64,000 nucleotides of DNA from NCBI GenBank assembly GCA_034226945.1, contig CP120453.1:682001-746000 (forward strand). The letters run 5' to 3'. A program made the translations under genes and the position numbers. Position 1 is the stretch's first letter, and the number at the start of each line of letters is the position of its first letter. Under the pieces are notes generated by a model, which made no database searches, was not told where the DNA came from, and saw nothing but the letters and a program-made list of their open reading frames with translations. Source of the stretch: Picochlorum sp. SENEW3 (Eukaryota). Of this stretch, positions 21,659-32,628 are shown one piece after another.

Positions 21659-22951
21659 ATGGAGCCTTTATATGAGAAGGCGTGTGATTTGGTGGCTACG
21701 GCACAGGGACATGAGGATGAGAAATTGACAGAGGCTGTCAGTATTCTGACGGATTTGGTGCTCCGTCATGAGACAGAAGCGGCCCAGTCAAAGAGTGATA
21801 GTGTCATAAAGATGAAGGAAAAGTGTTTGGATGAGTTGGTGGGTGCTCTTGTGAAGAAGAGGGATGCGAATGGTCTCAGGACGCTGTTGGGAGAGTTGAG
21901 GGGGTTGTTCCAGGAGATTCCAAAGGCAAAGACGGCCAAGATTGTTCGTGGGATCATAGAGGGTATCGATAAGATTCCTAATAGTACGGATATTTTGGTT
22001 CAGGTGTGTCAGGAGCAAGCGGCGTGGGCCACGTCTGAGAAGAGAACGTTTCTTCGACAGAGGATTGATATTAAATTGTCCTCTCTCTATTATTCGACCA
22101 AGAGGTATAAAGATGCCTTGGATTTGCTTAGTACATTGATATCAGAAGTGAAGAAATTGGATGATAAGCTCTTGTTGGTGGAAATTCATGTGTTGGAGAG
22201 CAAGATTCATCAGGCTTTGAGGAATCTGCCCAAAGCAAAGGCAGCATTAGTGGCGGCACGGACGGCGGCAAATGCCGTGTATGTCCCTCCATCCTTGCAA
22301 GCTGATATGGATGCTCAATCTGGAATCCTTCATGGAGAAGAGAAGGATTTCAAGACGGCGTACTCGTACTTTTATGAAGCGTTTGAGCAGTTGAGCTCAT
22401 TGGATGATCCACGATCCATTCGAGCGCTGAAATACATGCTCTTATCTAAAATTATGGCTGGGGATGTGAGTGATGTGGGAATGATTATTTCGTCAAAAGC
22501 TGGATTGAAGTACGCGGGGTCTGAAGTTGATGCTTTGAAGGCTGTGGCAAAAGCATACGAGTCTCGCTCGCTTGCAGACTTTCAGAATGTGTTGCAGTCA
22601 TATCAGGCAGAATTGCAGGACGACCCAGTCGTACATTCGCATCTGAAATCTTTATATGATGCTTTGATGGAACAAAATCTGATGAGAATCATAGAGCCCT
22701 ATTCCAGGGTGGATGTTGCACATGTTGCATCCAAGATCAATCTCCCTGTGGAGGATGTGGAAGCCAAATTATCTCAGATGATTCTAGACAAGAAGTTTTA
22801 TGGAACGCTGGATCAAGGAAACCAAGGGACGTTAGAAATTTATGATGAGGACGCAAAAGACGATTTGTTCCCCTCAGCACTCAGTACCATTGACAACATG
22901 AGTAAAGTCGTCGACAGTCTCTTTACTCGCTCCATGAAAATCGTCTCATGA
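21659..22951 (+). CDS. RPN6: 26S proteasome regulatory subunit RPN6 (PSMD11)
   Basis: PKAKTAKIVR, EKRTFLRQ, KKLDDKLLLVEI, KDFKTAYSYFYEAFE and PCI domain IIEPYSRV..KLSQMILDKKF. Confidence 0.97.
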   Translation: MEPLYEKACDLVATAQGHEDEKLTEAVSILTDLVLRHETEAAQSKSDSVIKMKEKCLDELVGALVKKRDANGLRTLLGELRGLFQEIPKAKTAKIVRGIIEGIDKIPNSTDILVQVCQEQAAWATSEKRTFLRQRIDIKLSSLYYSTKRYKDALDLLSTLISEVKKLDDKLLLVEIHVLESKIHQALRNLPKAKAALVAARTAANAVYVPPSLQADMDAQSGILHGEEKDFKTAYSYFYEAFEQLSSLDDPRSIRALKYMLLSKIMAGDVSDVGMIISSKAGLKYAGSEVDALKAVAKAYESRSLADFQNVLQSYQAELQDDPVVHSHLKSLYDALMEQNLMRIIEPYSRVDVAHVASKINLPVEDVEAKLSQMILDKKFYGTLDQGNQGTLEIYDEDAKDDLFPSALSTIDNMSKVVDSLFTRSMKIVS

Positions 22952-23139
22952 GTATTATCAGCCTTGTTCTTCATACTTTTCTGAATGTTACAAAAGTAAT
23001 ATCAGTCATATTGTACACGATCAGGTATTCGCATATACACTAAGTGAGATGCAACAGCATTCCAAAGAAGATGTCATTCTCGCTGCTCATTCGCCGATTC
23101 CAAGATCCAATTGCCCCAAAAATTCGGCGAATAGTCATA

Positions 23140-23769
23140 CTATATAGCGTCACAATCATCGTTCGCCTTTATGGGAAGCACATATTTGTAATTCTCTGTG
23201 CTCAAGTTTACCACAAGACAATCCAGCTCATCATCAAACTCCCCCTGAAAAATTGACCAGAGCCATTTCTTGTTACTCGACAGAGACAGATCAATTGTTG
23301 GCCACTCAACAGGACCGATAGATTCATAATCATCGTCAACTTCTTGTTTCTTGTCTGGGCATGCCAGGTACACTGCAGAGCAAGATTGACCCTTGTACTC
23401 CACAATGGAGTAGTATGGCACTGGGTCCCCCTTTTTCTTCACAGCCTGGAGACGATATTTTTGCCTCCTCGACTCGGTATACGCACTCAACACCACACCT
23501 TTGTTTGAGCACTTGTTGGAATCAGACGTCAAGTATCTGGCCTTGCCCTTGGCATTCTTGCACGAGTATTCAGGGTTGGGTCTGAACCGAAACGTTCCAT
23601 TGTACTCGCAGTACAGAATCTTTTCACCAGTTCCATTAGGCATGTCGTCATCGATATAGGATTTCACAACCCAGCCATCCCCACGGTCTCCCTCCTTGAC
23701 CGCTGCAACCACAGCCCCCAGCACCACCACTGCAAGGCTGACACTCGTTGCTGCTAACGACAGAGGCAT
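23140..23769 (-). CDS. Putative secreted Cys-containing protein of unknown function (the frame continues past the TAG to 23074)
   Basis: Hydrophobic signal-like N-terminus (SLAVVVLGAVVAA) and a Cys/aromatic-rich body; no family recognised with certainty. Confidence 0.55.
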   Translation of the reverse strand: MPLSLAATSVSLAVVVLGAVVAAVKEGDRGDGWVVKSYIDDDMPNGTGEKILYCEYNGTFRFRPNPEYSCKNAKGKARYLTSDSNKCSNKGVVLSAYTESRRQKYRLQAVKKKGDPVPYYSIVEYKGQSCSAVYLACPDKKQEVDDDYESIGPVEWPTIDLSLSSNKKWLWSIFQGEFDDELDCLVVNLSTENYKYVLPIKANDDCDAI

Positions 23770-24033
23770 CTCTCTCAATGACGCCTAGAAAAGCAAAGAA
23801 TCCAACAACAAAAAAGAAATAGGATTTCTTTTTTAAAAAAATACCTGTAGATCCACAGAGCAATGAATACCCCGTCATGACATTGGGTTCTACCGCCCAT
23901 CGAAATGACACCTTGCCAGCCTGGCAAGCCATTTTTCTCAGTACCGAGCACATTCATGATTCGAGGCGTTTCACAATCGGCAGTCTACCTCGCTTCCCTA
24001 TGGAATACAGATTCCAGATCCATACCTATACCA

Positions 24034-24456
24034 TCATTCAACGTGAATCAACCAACCATCCTCTTGCTCATCCTCCTCACTCCCAATATCCAGTATGTCA
24101 TCCGCCCGATGAAGCATCGCATCATCATCAGTATGATGATGATGATGATGATGATTCCCCGCCAAGGACTCATCGTCGTCACTCACATGCTGTACCAGAA
24201 GGCCATCGACACGCTTCTTGTTCTTCTTCTTCTTGATAGAGCCGTCGACATCTTCTACTCGACAACTGCCTCCTGTTCCAGTCACTCGGTGAGTCACCCT
24301 CCTATTCTTACACTCTGAGCATACCCCACCATCCACCTCAGCAAGCATAGATTCAACTTTTTCAAGAATATTTTCTTCTATTGATCGAGTTTTCCGACGC
24401 ATATACTCTGCAAATACGAGGCAACTCAAAGCTGCCGCGATGCCCAACTGAATCAT
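24034..24456 (-). CDS. Small hypothetical protein with N-terminal membrane anchor and His/acidic tracts
   Basis: ATG-initiated 140-aa ORF, hydrophobic N-terminus, CSEC motif, poly-His from a trinucleotide repeat. Confidence 0.5.
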   Translation of the reverse strand: MIQLGIAAALSCLVFAEYMRRKTRSIEENILEKVESMLAEVDGGVCSECKNRRVTHRVTGTGGSCRVEDVDGSIKKKKNKKRVDGLLVQHVSDDDESLAGNHHHHHHHTDDDAMLHRADDILDIGSEEDEQEDGWLIHVE

Positions 24457-24730
24457 CGCAACAACAGTCTGTGACTCACTGGTCTATCCTTTTCTTTATT
24501 CAAATTATTATATAGAGTATACAGATCATTAAAATAATACACATGTATCAGAATACAAACCATTCCTTCATCCCGCGAGTACTCCATCTGCTGGTCAATA
24601 GTCACTTGACCATTAATGAATGGACAGTCATTGCCCTTGCACTACTACTGTACACGATGCATTCTTCTTTTTTGTTTCATTTGCATGTTTCTTATTCACA
24701 TGATACACAGACTGAATCATTCGATGAGTA

Positions 24731-25219
24731 TCACATGGATTTCATCCATGACGCTCGCTTTCCTGCCCCTTTACATGACATGCATTGCGTAAACCCTACA
24801 CCATTGCACACAGGGCAGTGCCGGCACCCTTGAATATTATCACAAAATAGGGTATCCCCCACTGTCAATGCACCAGTACCATGACACCATTGACATTCTA
24901 CTTCACCAGTGCCATGGCAGGTCTGACACTCGGTCGTACTCTTCTCGGACGATACCGACCACAAAAGGTCCAAGTGTTGTTGCTGTGCTTGCTTGGCATA
25001 CCTACTCAGCTCTGCAGCTATGGCATCCCCGCCTTCGTCCTCGTTCCCGTCATAACTACTACTTCCTTGGTGGTTATTACTATAACATTGTATTGGTTTG
25101 GGTGCGAGGCGAGTGGGTTTGAATCCGAAATTCATACGCGTCGACCATTCTGGTTGTTGTTGTCGTATGACTGGGTTCTCTCTACCTCCACCCTTGCTAA
25201 TTGAATTATTTGTATTCAT
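24731..25219 (-). CDS. DnaJ-type zinc-finger protein (DnaJ-E, BSD2/ORANGE-like class), probably plastid
   Basis: Four CxxCxGxG repeats (CQTCHGTG, CQWCHGTG, CPVCNGVG, CMSCKGAG) and no J domain. Confidence 0.8.
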   Translation of the reverse strand: MNTNNSISKGGGRENPVIRQQQPEWSTRMNFGFKPTRLAPKPIQCYSNNHQGSSSYDGNEDEGGDAIAAELSRYAKQAQQQHLDLLWSVSSEKSTTECQTCHGTGEVECQWCHGTGALTVGDTLFCDNIQGCRHCPVCNGVGFTQCMSCKGAGKRASWMKSM

Positions 25220-25350
25220 ATTTTTACTAGTCTGACGGCAGAATATATGGTGTGTTGTCTAGAAACTGAACAACAACAATTACAGTCGTATTTCTTCTTT
25301 TCTGTGTGCGAGTGTATATATTTTTATAGAGAGATAAACAACTACTACTG

Positions 25351-26737
25351 TCAACACCGTAATGATGTAAACATTTTTCTAATTGAATTCCACACTGGGT
25401 TGTGGAGGTCGGCAGTTTGTTTGAAAACTACAATGATGAGGGACATGTTGTCAGCCCCTCGGCAGAGACCTCTCAAATCAGGTGCAAGACACTGATCGCA
25501 TACATCTTCACAGATGGATTTGAGGTCTTCTCCCTGCTTTATTTTCTTACGTACAAAGTCTACCGCTTCCTGATTGCTTAATACGTCCCATATTCCATCG
25601 CATGCGAGGATGAGGAACTCATCCCCCTTTTGAAGTTCAAATGTTGTAATGTCTGGGGTCGCCACAACCATTTGGTGGGTGTGCGGCAACTCGGTATTCT
25701 TTTTAAAGTCGAGATCTCCAATGGTGCGAGATACGTTGAGGGCGCCATTGACCCTGTTATCTCGTACAAATCCACCAGCCTTCATGATTCTCTCTGCTTC
25801 TTCCAGCAGGACTGGTTTGTGGTCCAGCGTGAGCGGCTCAGCGACTCCTTTGCGGGAAATAACACACCTCGAGTCTCCAGTGTTTGCTACATACACTTGT
25901 TTTCCGCGAATAAGAGAGACGACGGCAGTGCATCCCATCCCAGTTGCTCTGTGTTCTGCAAAGTCTTCCTCTTCTGCAGCGGTTGCCTGGCTGCTGATAC
26001 CTTCAACTTCCTCAATCTGTTTCTGAGTGATCACGCTATCACGCGCGAGAGCGCTTTCTATAAACTGACTGGAACTTTTATTCCGGTGCAATGAAGGCGC
26101 AGCCTCCTCCTCCTCCTCCTCCTTGCCTTGTTCATTGGTGTCCTCCTCGTCATCAACGCCTGGTATGGTGATTGATTTTTCTACATCAGAGAAGAGTCCG
26201 ACTGATGGTTTTGATTTCTCTACACCTGCTAATTTCAATAGCTCTTGGATCCCCTCTTTACTGTCCAAAATCTCATCAATCTTGTAGAATGCCTCGGCAA
26301 CAGCCAGCCCCAAATCCCCATCCGCATACGCGTCTGTTTTCACAAGAATACGAGGTAGATGCTTTGCTGTATACTTTGATACCAAATCACCTCCGTGTCC
26401 GTCGAATACAGCGAACAAGGATGTGTGTGTCCCATCCTTTAGGTCCAAGACTGTCAGATGGGCATCCTCCTGCAGTAGTACATGATGCACGTGCATGATC
26501 TACTACTCTCCTCTCTTAATGTAATCATAATGCCGTACCATGCTCACTCGCCATCCCTGCATCGCAGCAAAGCCATATTTGAGAGCCTCCCCCTCCCCTT
26601 TGCTGGACTCCTGCAAAAAGCAATCCACAACGGGGTTGGTATGATCTGATTTTAAAGTAAATACATTTTGAAACACATATATGTGCTATATATGCGCATA
26701 CCTTTTCGGTGACTGGTTGACTGAGATACTGTCCCAT
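25351..26737 (-). CDS. Protein phosphatase 2C (PPM1G-like); introns 26611-26701 and 26470-26538
   Basis: MGQYLSQPVTEK, AMQGWRVSMEDAH, VFDGHGG, ANTGDSR, DHKP, LACDGIWDV, GADNMS. Confidence 0.93.
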
Positions 26738-27124
26738 TTGCTCTGCCAGAAAATTACAAAGACGGTCTGCTTTGATACGCCTTCACACAAGATAATGTGA
26801 ATATATAAATGGTTCTGAGTGATTGCCAGAGGTCTCTAGGGTGCAATGGTACAAAACCCTGAGAGTCCTGTTGTGCACGAGACGATTGAGGAGTGTTACA
26901 AAGACACTCCCGATGGCTGGTCTCGATGAACAGGACTGATATAAAAATAATTAATATGCGTGTGTGGAGGCGGTGGATCCAGGAAAAGGAGAGGATATAT
27001 AGGGTAGCGTTGGTGATGAGAGTGTGATGTCTTTTTCAAATCTGGTGACATTGGACAAGATCTCTCTCTTCATGGCTTGCTTGAGTGGTTACGAAAGAAA
27101 AATAATTCATATAGATTCATTACT

Positions 27125-28462
27125 TCACTTCAGGGATTGCGCAAATTTTGAGTTTTTGAACACACTAATGACAATGCTCATGTTGTCACATCCCTTGCCA
27201 CAGCCTCCAGTGTCTTCAGCAAGGCAGTAGTCGCATGCTTCCTCACAGATTTGTTTTGGTGAGAATCCCTTGATCAGTCTTTCTCTGACAAAGGCTACAG
27301 CATCATCGTTGGTCAAGACATCCCAAATACCGTCACAGGCAAGGATGAGAAACTCGTCATCATCTGTTAATCGTAGGGATCGGATTTCTGGGTTTGCTGT
27401 GACCATTTGTTCTTCTGGTGGGAGGCTTGATACTTGCTTGTATTCAAGATCTCCCAACGCTCTTGATAGGTTCAGACTTCCGTTGACACGTCCGTCGGCG
27501 ACAAAGCCTCCTGCCTTCATGATTCTAGAGAACTCTTCATCATTTGTAGGTTTGTGGTCTTCAGTCAATGCCACAGCCTTGCCAGCCCGGGATAGCACAC
27601 AACGAGAATCCCCGGCATTTGCCACAACTAGCTGATTTCCAGCAACCAGAGCACATACAGCGGTACAACCAGCTGCTGGGCCGCGCCATTCATCCTCACC
27701 AGAATGCATTTCCTCAAGCTCTAGAGGCTTGTGATGATCAATCGCATCCTCCACAACATCCAATGGGTCTGTCGCTTTGGCTGGAACATCCGTGAACGGA
27801 CCTTCCATGGTAGATCCATCATCTCTCTTTGTTCCTTCCGAGGCAGCATGCGCTACAGGCTCTTCTTCCTCTTCCTCCTCCATGGCCTCATCTTCATCCA
27901 TTGTGCTCAACTCATTCCCATCTCGATCCAACACATTCTGTACATTCAACTGGCCGTCCGCCGACTTGACGACTTTAAAAATATACCCACTCTCCCTTGA
28001 TATTCCAAATGCATCTAAAAATGCCTCGGGCAACTGCGCACTGTCCAACATCATCGCACTCTCACCCTTTTTCAACCCTTCACCCTCTTCCTCACCCTCT
28101 CTCCTAAACGCCTCGAGCTCCTCTCTATGCTCTGCTCTCATCATGACCTCATCAATTCCCATAAATGCTTCCCGTAAGGCCTCTGAAAAATTAGAATCCT
28201 TGTACCCTTTGGTTTCCTTGAGCGTCTCTGGTAGATGAACGGCACAAAACTTTGCCACCTCTTTTCCCCCATGACCATCAAAAACGCCAAACAATGCTAT
28301 TTTCGACTCATCCCCACCCTTCTTCATTTCCAAGTTCACAACATGGGCATCCTCCATATCAGTTCTCCATCCTTGCATCGCACATACGCCGAATTCGAAC
28401 GTATCATCGCTTCCACTCCCAGACTCCTTCTCCGTCACCGGCGTTGACAAATACGCTCCCAT
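27125..28462 (-). CDS. Protein phosphatase 2C (PPM1G-like, acidic insert), intronless
   Basis: MGAYLSTPVTEK, AMQGWRTDMEDAH, VFDGHGG, ANAGDSR, RVNGSLNLSRALGD, GCDNMS. Confidence 0.95.
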   Translation of the reverse strand: MGAYLSTPVTEKESGSGSDDTFEFGVCAMQGWRTDMEDAHVVNLEMKKGGDESKIALFGVFDGHGGKEVAKFCAVHLPETLKETKGYKDSNFSEALREAFMGIDEVMMRAEHREELEAFRREGEEEGEGLKKGESAMMLDSAQLPEAFLDAFGISRESGYIFKVVKSADGQLNVQNVLDRDGNELSTMDEDEAMEEEEEEEPVAHAASEGTKRDDGSTMEGPFTDVPAKATDPLDVVEDAIDHHKPLELEEMHSGEDEWRGPAAGCTAVCALVAGNQLVVANAGDSRCVLSRAGKAVALTEDHKPTNDEEFSRIMKAGGFVADGRVNGSLNLSRALGDLEYKQVSSLPPEEQMVTANPEIRSLRLTDDDEFLILACDGIWDVLTNDDAVAFVRERLIKGFSPKQICEEACDYCLAEDTGGCGKGCDNMSIVISVFKNSKFAQSLK

Positions 28463-29131
28463 GGCTACGCCAACCAATTACTCTATGTACTCACTGCATC
28501 ATATCAAGAAGACGAGGGGTGAGAACAAAGAAACAGTCCCAGGCGGGAAGACCGCGGCCAATCAGCAGCTACCTGGCCTATACCAAGAACAAAACCCCTT
28601 CCGACACCCCCAAATACCTTTATAGTAATATTTGAAATAGCAAAGCATGCAAAACCCGTCCCGAAACGCTCAACCCTACCCACAACAGAAAACCGCGGGC
28701 TTCCACGTCATTCTTCCTCGGAAGGCCACAGTCTGTGTACACACCCTAGCATAGACATGCACATATGAAATATGACAACAAATAGTACCTGAAACTGAGG
28801 ATAGACGAGCGATACTACCACGGTTCGAACGAGACGTTGTAACACTGCGAGCAACGAATCAGTCTCGACGACCAAGGAAAAGCGTGGAGTTTCTATGCCT
28901 TTAATAATTTATAAAATTAAAACTATAAATCGAATGCAGCGCCGTATGGATTTATTTATGACGCGGTGGATGGCGAACGGAAGCTGTCCAGGACCACCAC
29001 CACCCAGATACGATTTTTTTTTCAGATATCAATCACTGTTGCTCCTAAAAGATTGCAGTGGCGATACGGAGTAGCGTCCTCATCATTAAAGATATTCACA
29101 AAAGAGAGAAGAATGTCTATGTTACACATAT

Positions 29132-29719
29132 TCATCGTTGTTGAAACATGTTCATAAAACCTCCTCGCTTCTTCTCAAAACGAGACACCAGACCTTCGAA
29201 TTTCTCCTCACCTCGCAACAGCGCAAAATCATCATCGCTGCGGATTTGATCAAAATTATCATACCCAGCCTCAAGGCAGCCAGCAAGGGCGACTAAACCA
29301 TTATGGATACGAGCATCTTTCTCCTCTGCATCTTCCTCATCCTGAGCAAGTCTTGACTGGCAGCATGCAATGTTATACAACGCGGCCATCTTCTCTCCGT
29401 TGCTAATAAGCTTGGGTTTATCTCTGAATCTCTTGATACCGGTTCCTGGGAGTTCAAGGGCTCTTTCAAAGTACCCCAACGCCGCTTTCCAGTCTCCCTG
29501 GTCATTGGCCAAGGAGAGACCCATGGCGATGGCTCCACGCGCATCCTCTGGCTCTAGTGGTGTATCATTCAAAGACGCGTGAACTTTCAAAGCACTGTTG
29601 CGTAGGGTAGCGCTCTGTTGAGTCTGATACATGTGTTTCTTTTTCTGTGGTCTCGTTGGTATGCCTTTCGTGAAGGAATGGCACAACCGCGACGGACGAT
29701 ACCCTTGGGACATCATCAT
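29132..29719 (-). CDS. Plastid TPR protein resembling the MET1/TEF30 TPR domain (no PDZ)
   Basis: Transit-peptide-like N-terminus (..LKVHA), ALYNIACCQS, LEAGYDNFDQIRSDDDF. Confidence 0.7.
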   Translation of the reverse strand: MMMSQGYRPSRLCHSFTKGIPTRPQKKKHMYQTQQSATLRNSALKVHASLNDTPLEPEDARGAIAMGLSLANDQGDWKAALGYFERALELPGTGIKRFRDKPKLISNGEKMAALYNIACCQSRLAQDEEDAEEKDARIHNGLVALAGCLEAGYDNFDQIRSDDDFALLRGEEKFEGLVSRFEKKRGGFMNMFQQR

Positions 29720-30125
29720 GTTCTTTTTGTTGCAAGAGATTTATTTTATTTAATGAATCTCTGCTGTATCCAACAAGTACCCACTCAATGGGTTGAGATG
29801 ATGATTTGAGGAGATCTTTTGATAGAACAACAAGCTTGTTCTTCTGACAAGTGCTCTATCGAATGAGACCTCTGAGCGGGGATGATGTATCGTTGTTGTT
29901 TGGGTGTCCCAATGGGTGTGTTCTTTGGTCATGCCACATGATTGCCAATACAATATAAACATACAGTAGTAGTCTAGGTCAGGTGTATGCTGATGCCGCT
30001 GCAAGTGCATGTTTTGAGCAAAACGAATTCATTTCTAATTGCATCGCGTCTTCAGTATTATTCCTCATTACACAGCGCGACTGTGACTCACCGATTGCAT
30101 AGAACGTTGTCCAAAGTAAGCTTCA

Positions 30126-30715
30126 ATGGCTACTAAAAATGGGAGGAATCAACGCCATCGTTGATTCGGTTTGCAACAGGGAATGCAAAAAAGTTGGAGG
30201 AGGTTGTTGCCATCTTGGCGACGGGACAGGAGCTTCCTTTTACCGTACAGGGTGTCAAGTTGGATTTGCCAGAGTTGCAAGGAGAGCCAGAAGATATTGC
30301 TCGAGAGAAGTGTAGGCTGGCTGCAAAGGAGACTGGTGGGGCTGTCATGGTGGAGGACACATGTCTGTGTTTTCATGCAATGAAAGGGCTTCCTGGTCCG
30401 TATATCAAATGGTTCTTGGAAAAGCTTGGTCATGAGGGTCTTAATAAGATGCTGGTTGGGTTTGAAGATACCTCTGCGTATGCGCAGTGTACGTTTGCAT
30501 ATACTCCTGGGCCAGAGACTGAGCCAGTTGTGTTTGTTGGAAGGACTGAAGGGAAGATTGTAGAGGCCAGGGGGCCGACAGCATTTGGTTGGGATCCTAT
30601 TTTTCAGCCTGATGGGTTTCAAGAAACGTATGCAGAGATGGACTCTGCTGTGAAGAATACCATATCCCACCGATATAGAGCGCTGGATAAGCTGCGGTCG
30701 CATCTCCTTCAGTGA
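30126..30715 (+). CDS. ITPA: Inosine triphosphate pyrophosphatase (Ham1 family); start out of frame by 1 nt
   Basis: [50 protein letters not shown]. No in-frame ATG precedes the conserved N-terminus (in-frame TAA at 30134). Confidence 0.9.
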
Positions 30716-30841
30716 TGATGATGGGATTTGAATGGCAGAGCAAACGTTATCATTCATGTAATATATTTAATTCATTTTATTTCATTTCAGAGAATACTGG
30801 CACATTTTCTTGTGGAGACAAGAAGAAGACATTGGTGCAAC

Positions 30842-31069
30842 ATGCGCGTCGGAACAAACGTTAGTGGCAGCAGCAGCAACACAAGAGCTCAACAATCAGC
30901 ACGCAGGGTGGTCGTGATGGCTGTGAATGGGAATAAAAAGAGTCCATGTCCAAAATGTCCCAGGAATAATTGCCGCGATTGCCCGACAAAGAGGAGGAAA
31001 GCAGTTGTTGGAGGTGTTCAGGAAAAGAAGACGACCGAGTCTGTCCCTGAGGCGGTGGCCGGGCCATGA
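30842..31069 (+). CDS. Small hypothetical protein with transit-peptide-like N-terminus and CPKCPRNNCRDCP motif
   Basis: 75-aa ATG ORF with an S/R/A-rich leader ending RRVVVMA and two CxxC pairs. Confidence 0.45.
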   Translation: MRVGTNVSGSSSNTRAQQSARRVVVMAVNGNKKSPCPKCPRNNCRDCPTKRRKAVVGGVQEKKTTESVPEAVAGP

Positions 31070-31395
31070 TGAATTCAAATATGTGGATTGGTTGTGATAT
31101 TCCATAACCAGGCTTATGTTGGCATGAGGACTGGAAGAATGTGCTCTCTTTGTGCAGCAATAGTGATGGGAGGACTGAGCAACATTTTGCATGTGCTACA
31201 TATTCTTGAAGCATGTATGTGTTGATTGCTTGCTTGATTGATTCATTCATTCCTTCTTCAGTAATAGTAGTAGTAGCAGTGTAATCACTTACAATGTTGT
31301 CTGTATACAGCATTGTTCCCTTTGGAAGGGAATGAAATTTCATCCATCCATGAAATACAAGTGTGTGTGTGTCACATTGATAATAATAATAATAA

Positions 31396-32628
31396 TCATT
31401 GTTCTTCTTGAGCATTGTACGGATCCCATCCTGCCGGGAATGTAAAGATGTGGATTGATTGATCCTTCTGATCACATTGGAATGGTTGTTTTGATTTTGC
31501 CTTGTCAGAGACAAGCACAAGTCTATATTCATCCAAGAATTGTATTCCTTCAACGTTGCAATAAATCTTGGCACACTGCATACATTTATTTTACGATATC
31601 AGTAGATGTGATTCAAGAGACAAGTAAATTAGAATAACACGTACATGGTTGTCCCGAGGAAGATGATACACTCTGTAGGAACTGTCATTGTCTGGAAACG
31701 ACAAGGTCTCAATGTCGAAATCACTGACGAATACAGCGGCATCCTCCTGACTTACTATCGCAATTTTACCGAGGTCGGTGTGAATAGCCATGCCAGCGTA
31801 GTCTTGGAAATTGGCAAAGGAAGGAATGTCAATGATGGATGTGGGCGACCAGACACATCCATCCTCTGCAGTCTGCTGCAGAGTGGACACCACAATCTTT
31901 CCATTACCACGGTCTCTTCCATGAGAACCACCTTGGCAGTGATTTCCTTCACACAGCCCCAACAAGGTCGGTACCCCGTTCAGATTCACGTACGCAATGC
32001 CTTCAAATCCCTTGTTCTCATGCGTCAGCTCAAAGTCAACCTTGCACTTGTCCAGAATGTCGTATCCAGACAAATCTGGCTTTATCTTTGCAACAGTAAC
32101 AAATGGTTTGTACGAATCTTCATGATACAAACTCTCGTGAAGCAACAACCATGTTTCGTTCTCTGGGACATATGCAATGCCTTCAAACTGGGATTCCTCC
32201 ACCCGGTCTCCAATCAGTGTATTGTGCTCCCCTCGGAAGGAGAATCGATCATCCGTGTACCCGAGCGACATGGATGAGTCAAATACGACGTAATACTTGC
32301 CATCAAGGGTAGCAATATCGGATCCCTCGAATTTCGTCTGATTTCGAAGGTTTCGAAACAGGCCACTGAATTTTGCCTCCTTGACTGCCTGCAGTGTGAA
32401 GGCGCGATATTCACGATGATGGCAAAACCCATCATCGTGCTTTTCCTTTTTCTTGAATATATTTGTGAAGGAAGTGAATGGTGACAGCGCAGTTGCCTCT
32501 GCGAGAGAGAAACCCTGCGCTGCATTCGCAGGAGTGATTGTCCCTCTTTCGAAGAGAACAAAAATCACGCCGACCAAGAGACCGAAATGCGAACCCATAT
32601 TTTTCTTGCAATAAAAAGATGTTTTCAT
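31396..32628 (-). CDS. Putative secreted beta-propeller protein (SdiA-regulated/phytase-like, bacterial-type family); intron 31576-31644
   Basis: Signal-like N-terminus and repeated (F/V)EGI blade motifs (KFEGS, QFEGIAY, GFEGIAY, CNVEGI). A phase-0 intron joins the C-terminal exon LVLVSDK..DQSIHIF. Confidence 0.7.

Noticed and set aside
23140..23142. TAG-to-Gln genetic code reassignment
   Set aside because: Genes in the window end in TAG/TAA at the expected positions (ARMC6, B14.5b, GSA, RNR1), and no conserved gene has internal TAR codons.
28810..28870. ggttcgaac resembling a tRNA T-loop/B-box
   Set aside because: No T-stem pairing or cloverleaf around it.
29798..29875. C box (ATGATGA) and D box (CTGA) flanking a hairpin, snoRNA-like
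   Set aside because: No terminal stem and no antisense rRNA guide that I could identify; an Infernal/snoscan run would be needed.
30861..31574. 237-aa minus-strand ORF
   Set aside because: Shadow frame over the real last exon (31396-31575) and low-complexity UTR repeats.
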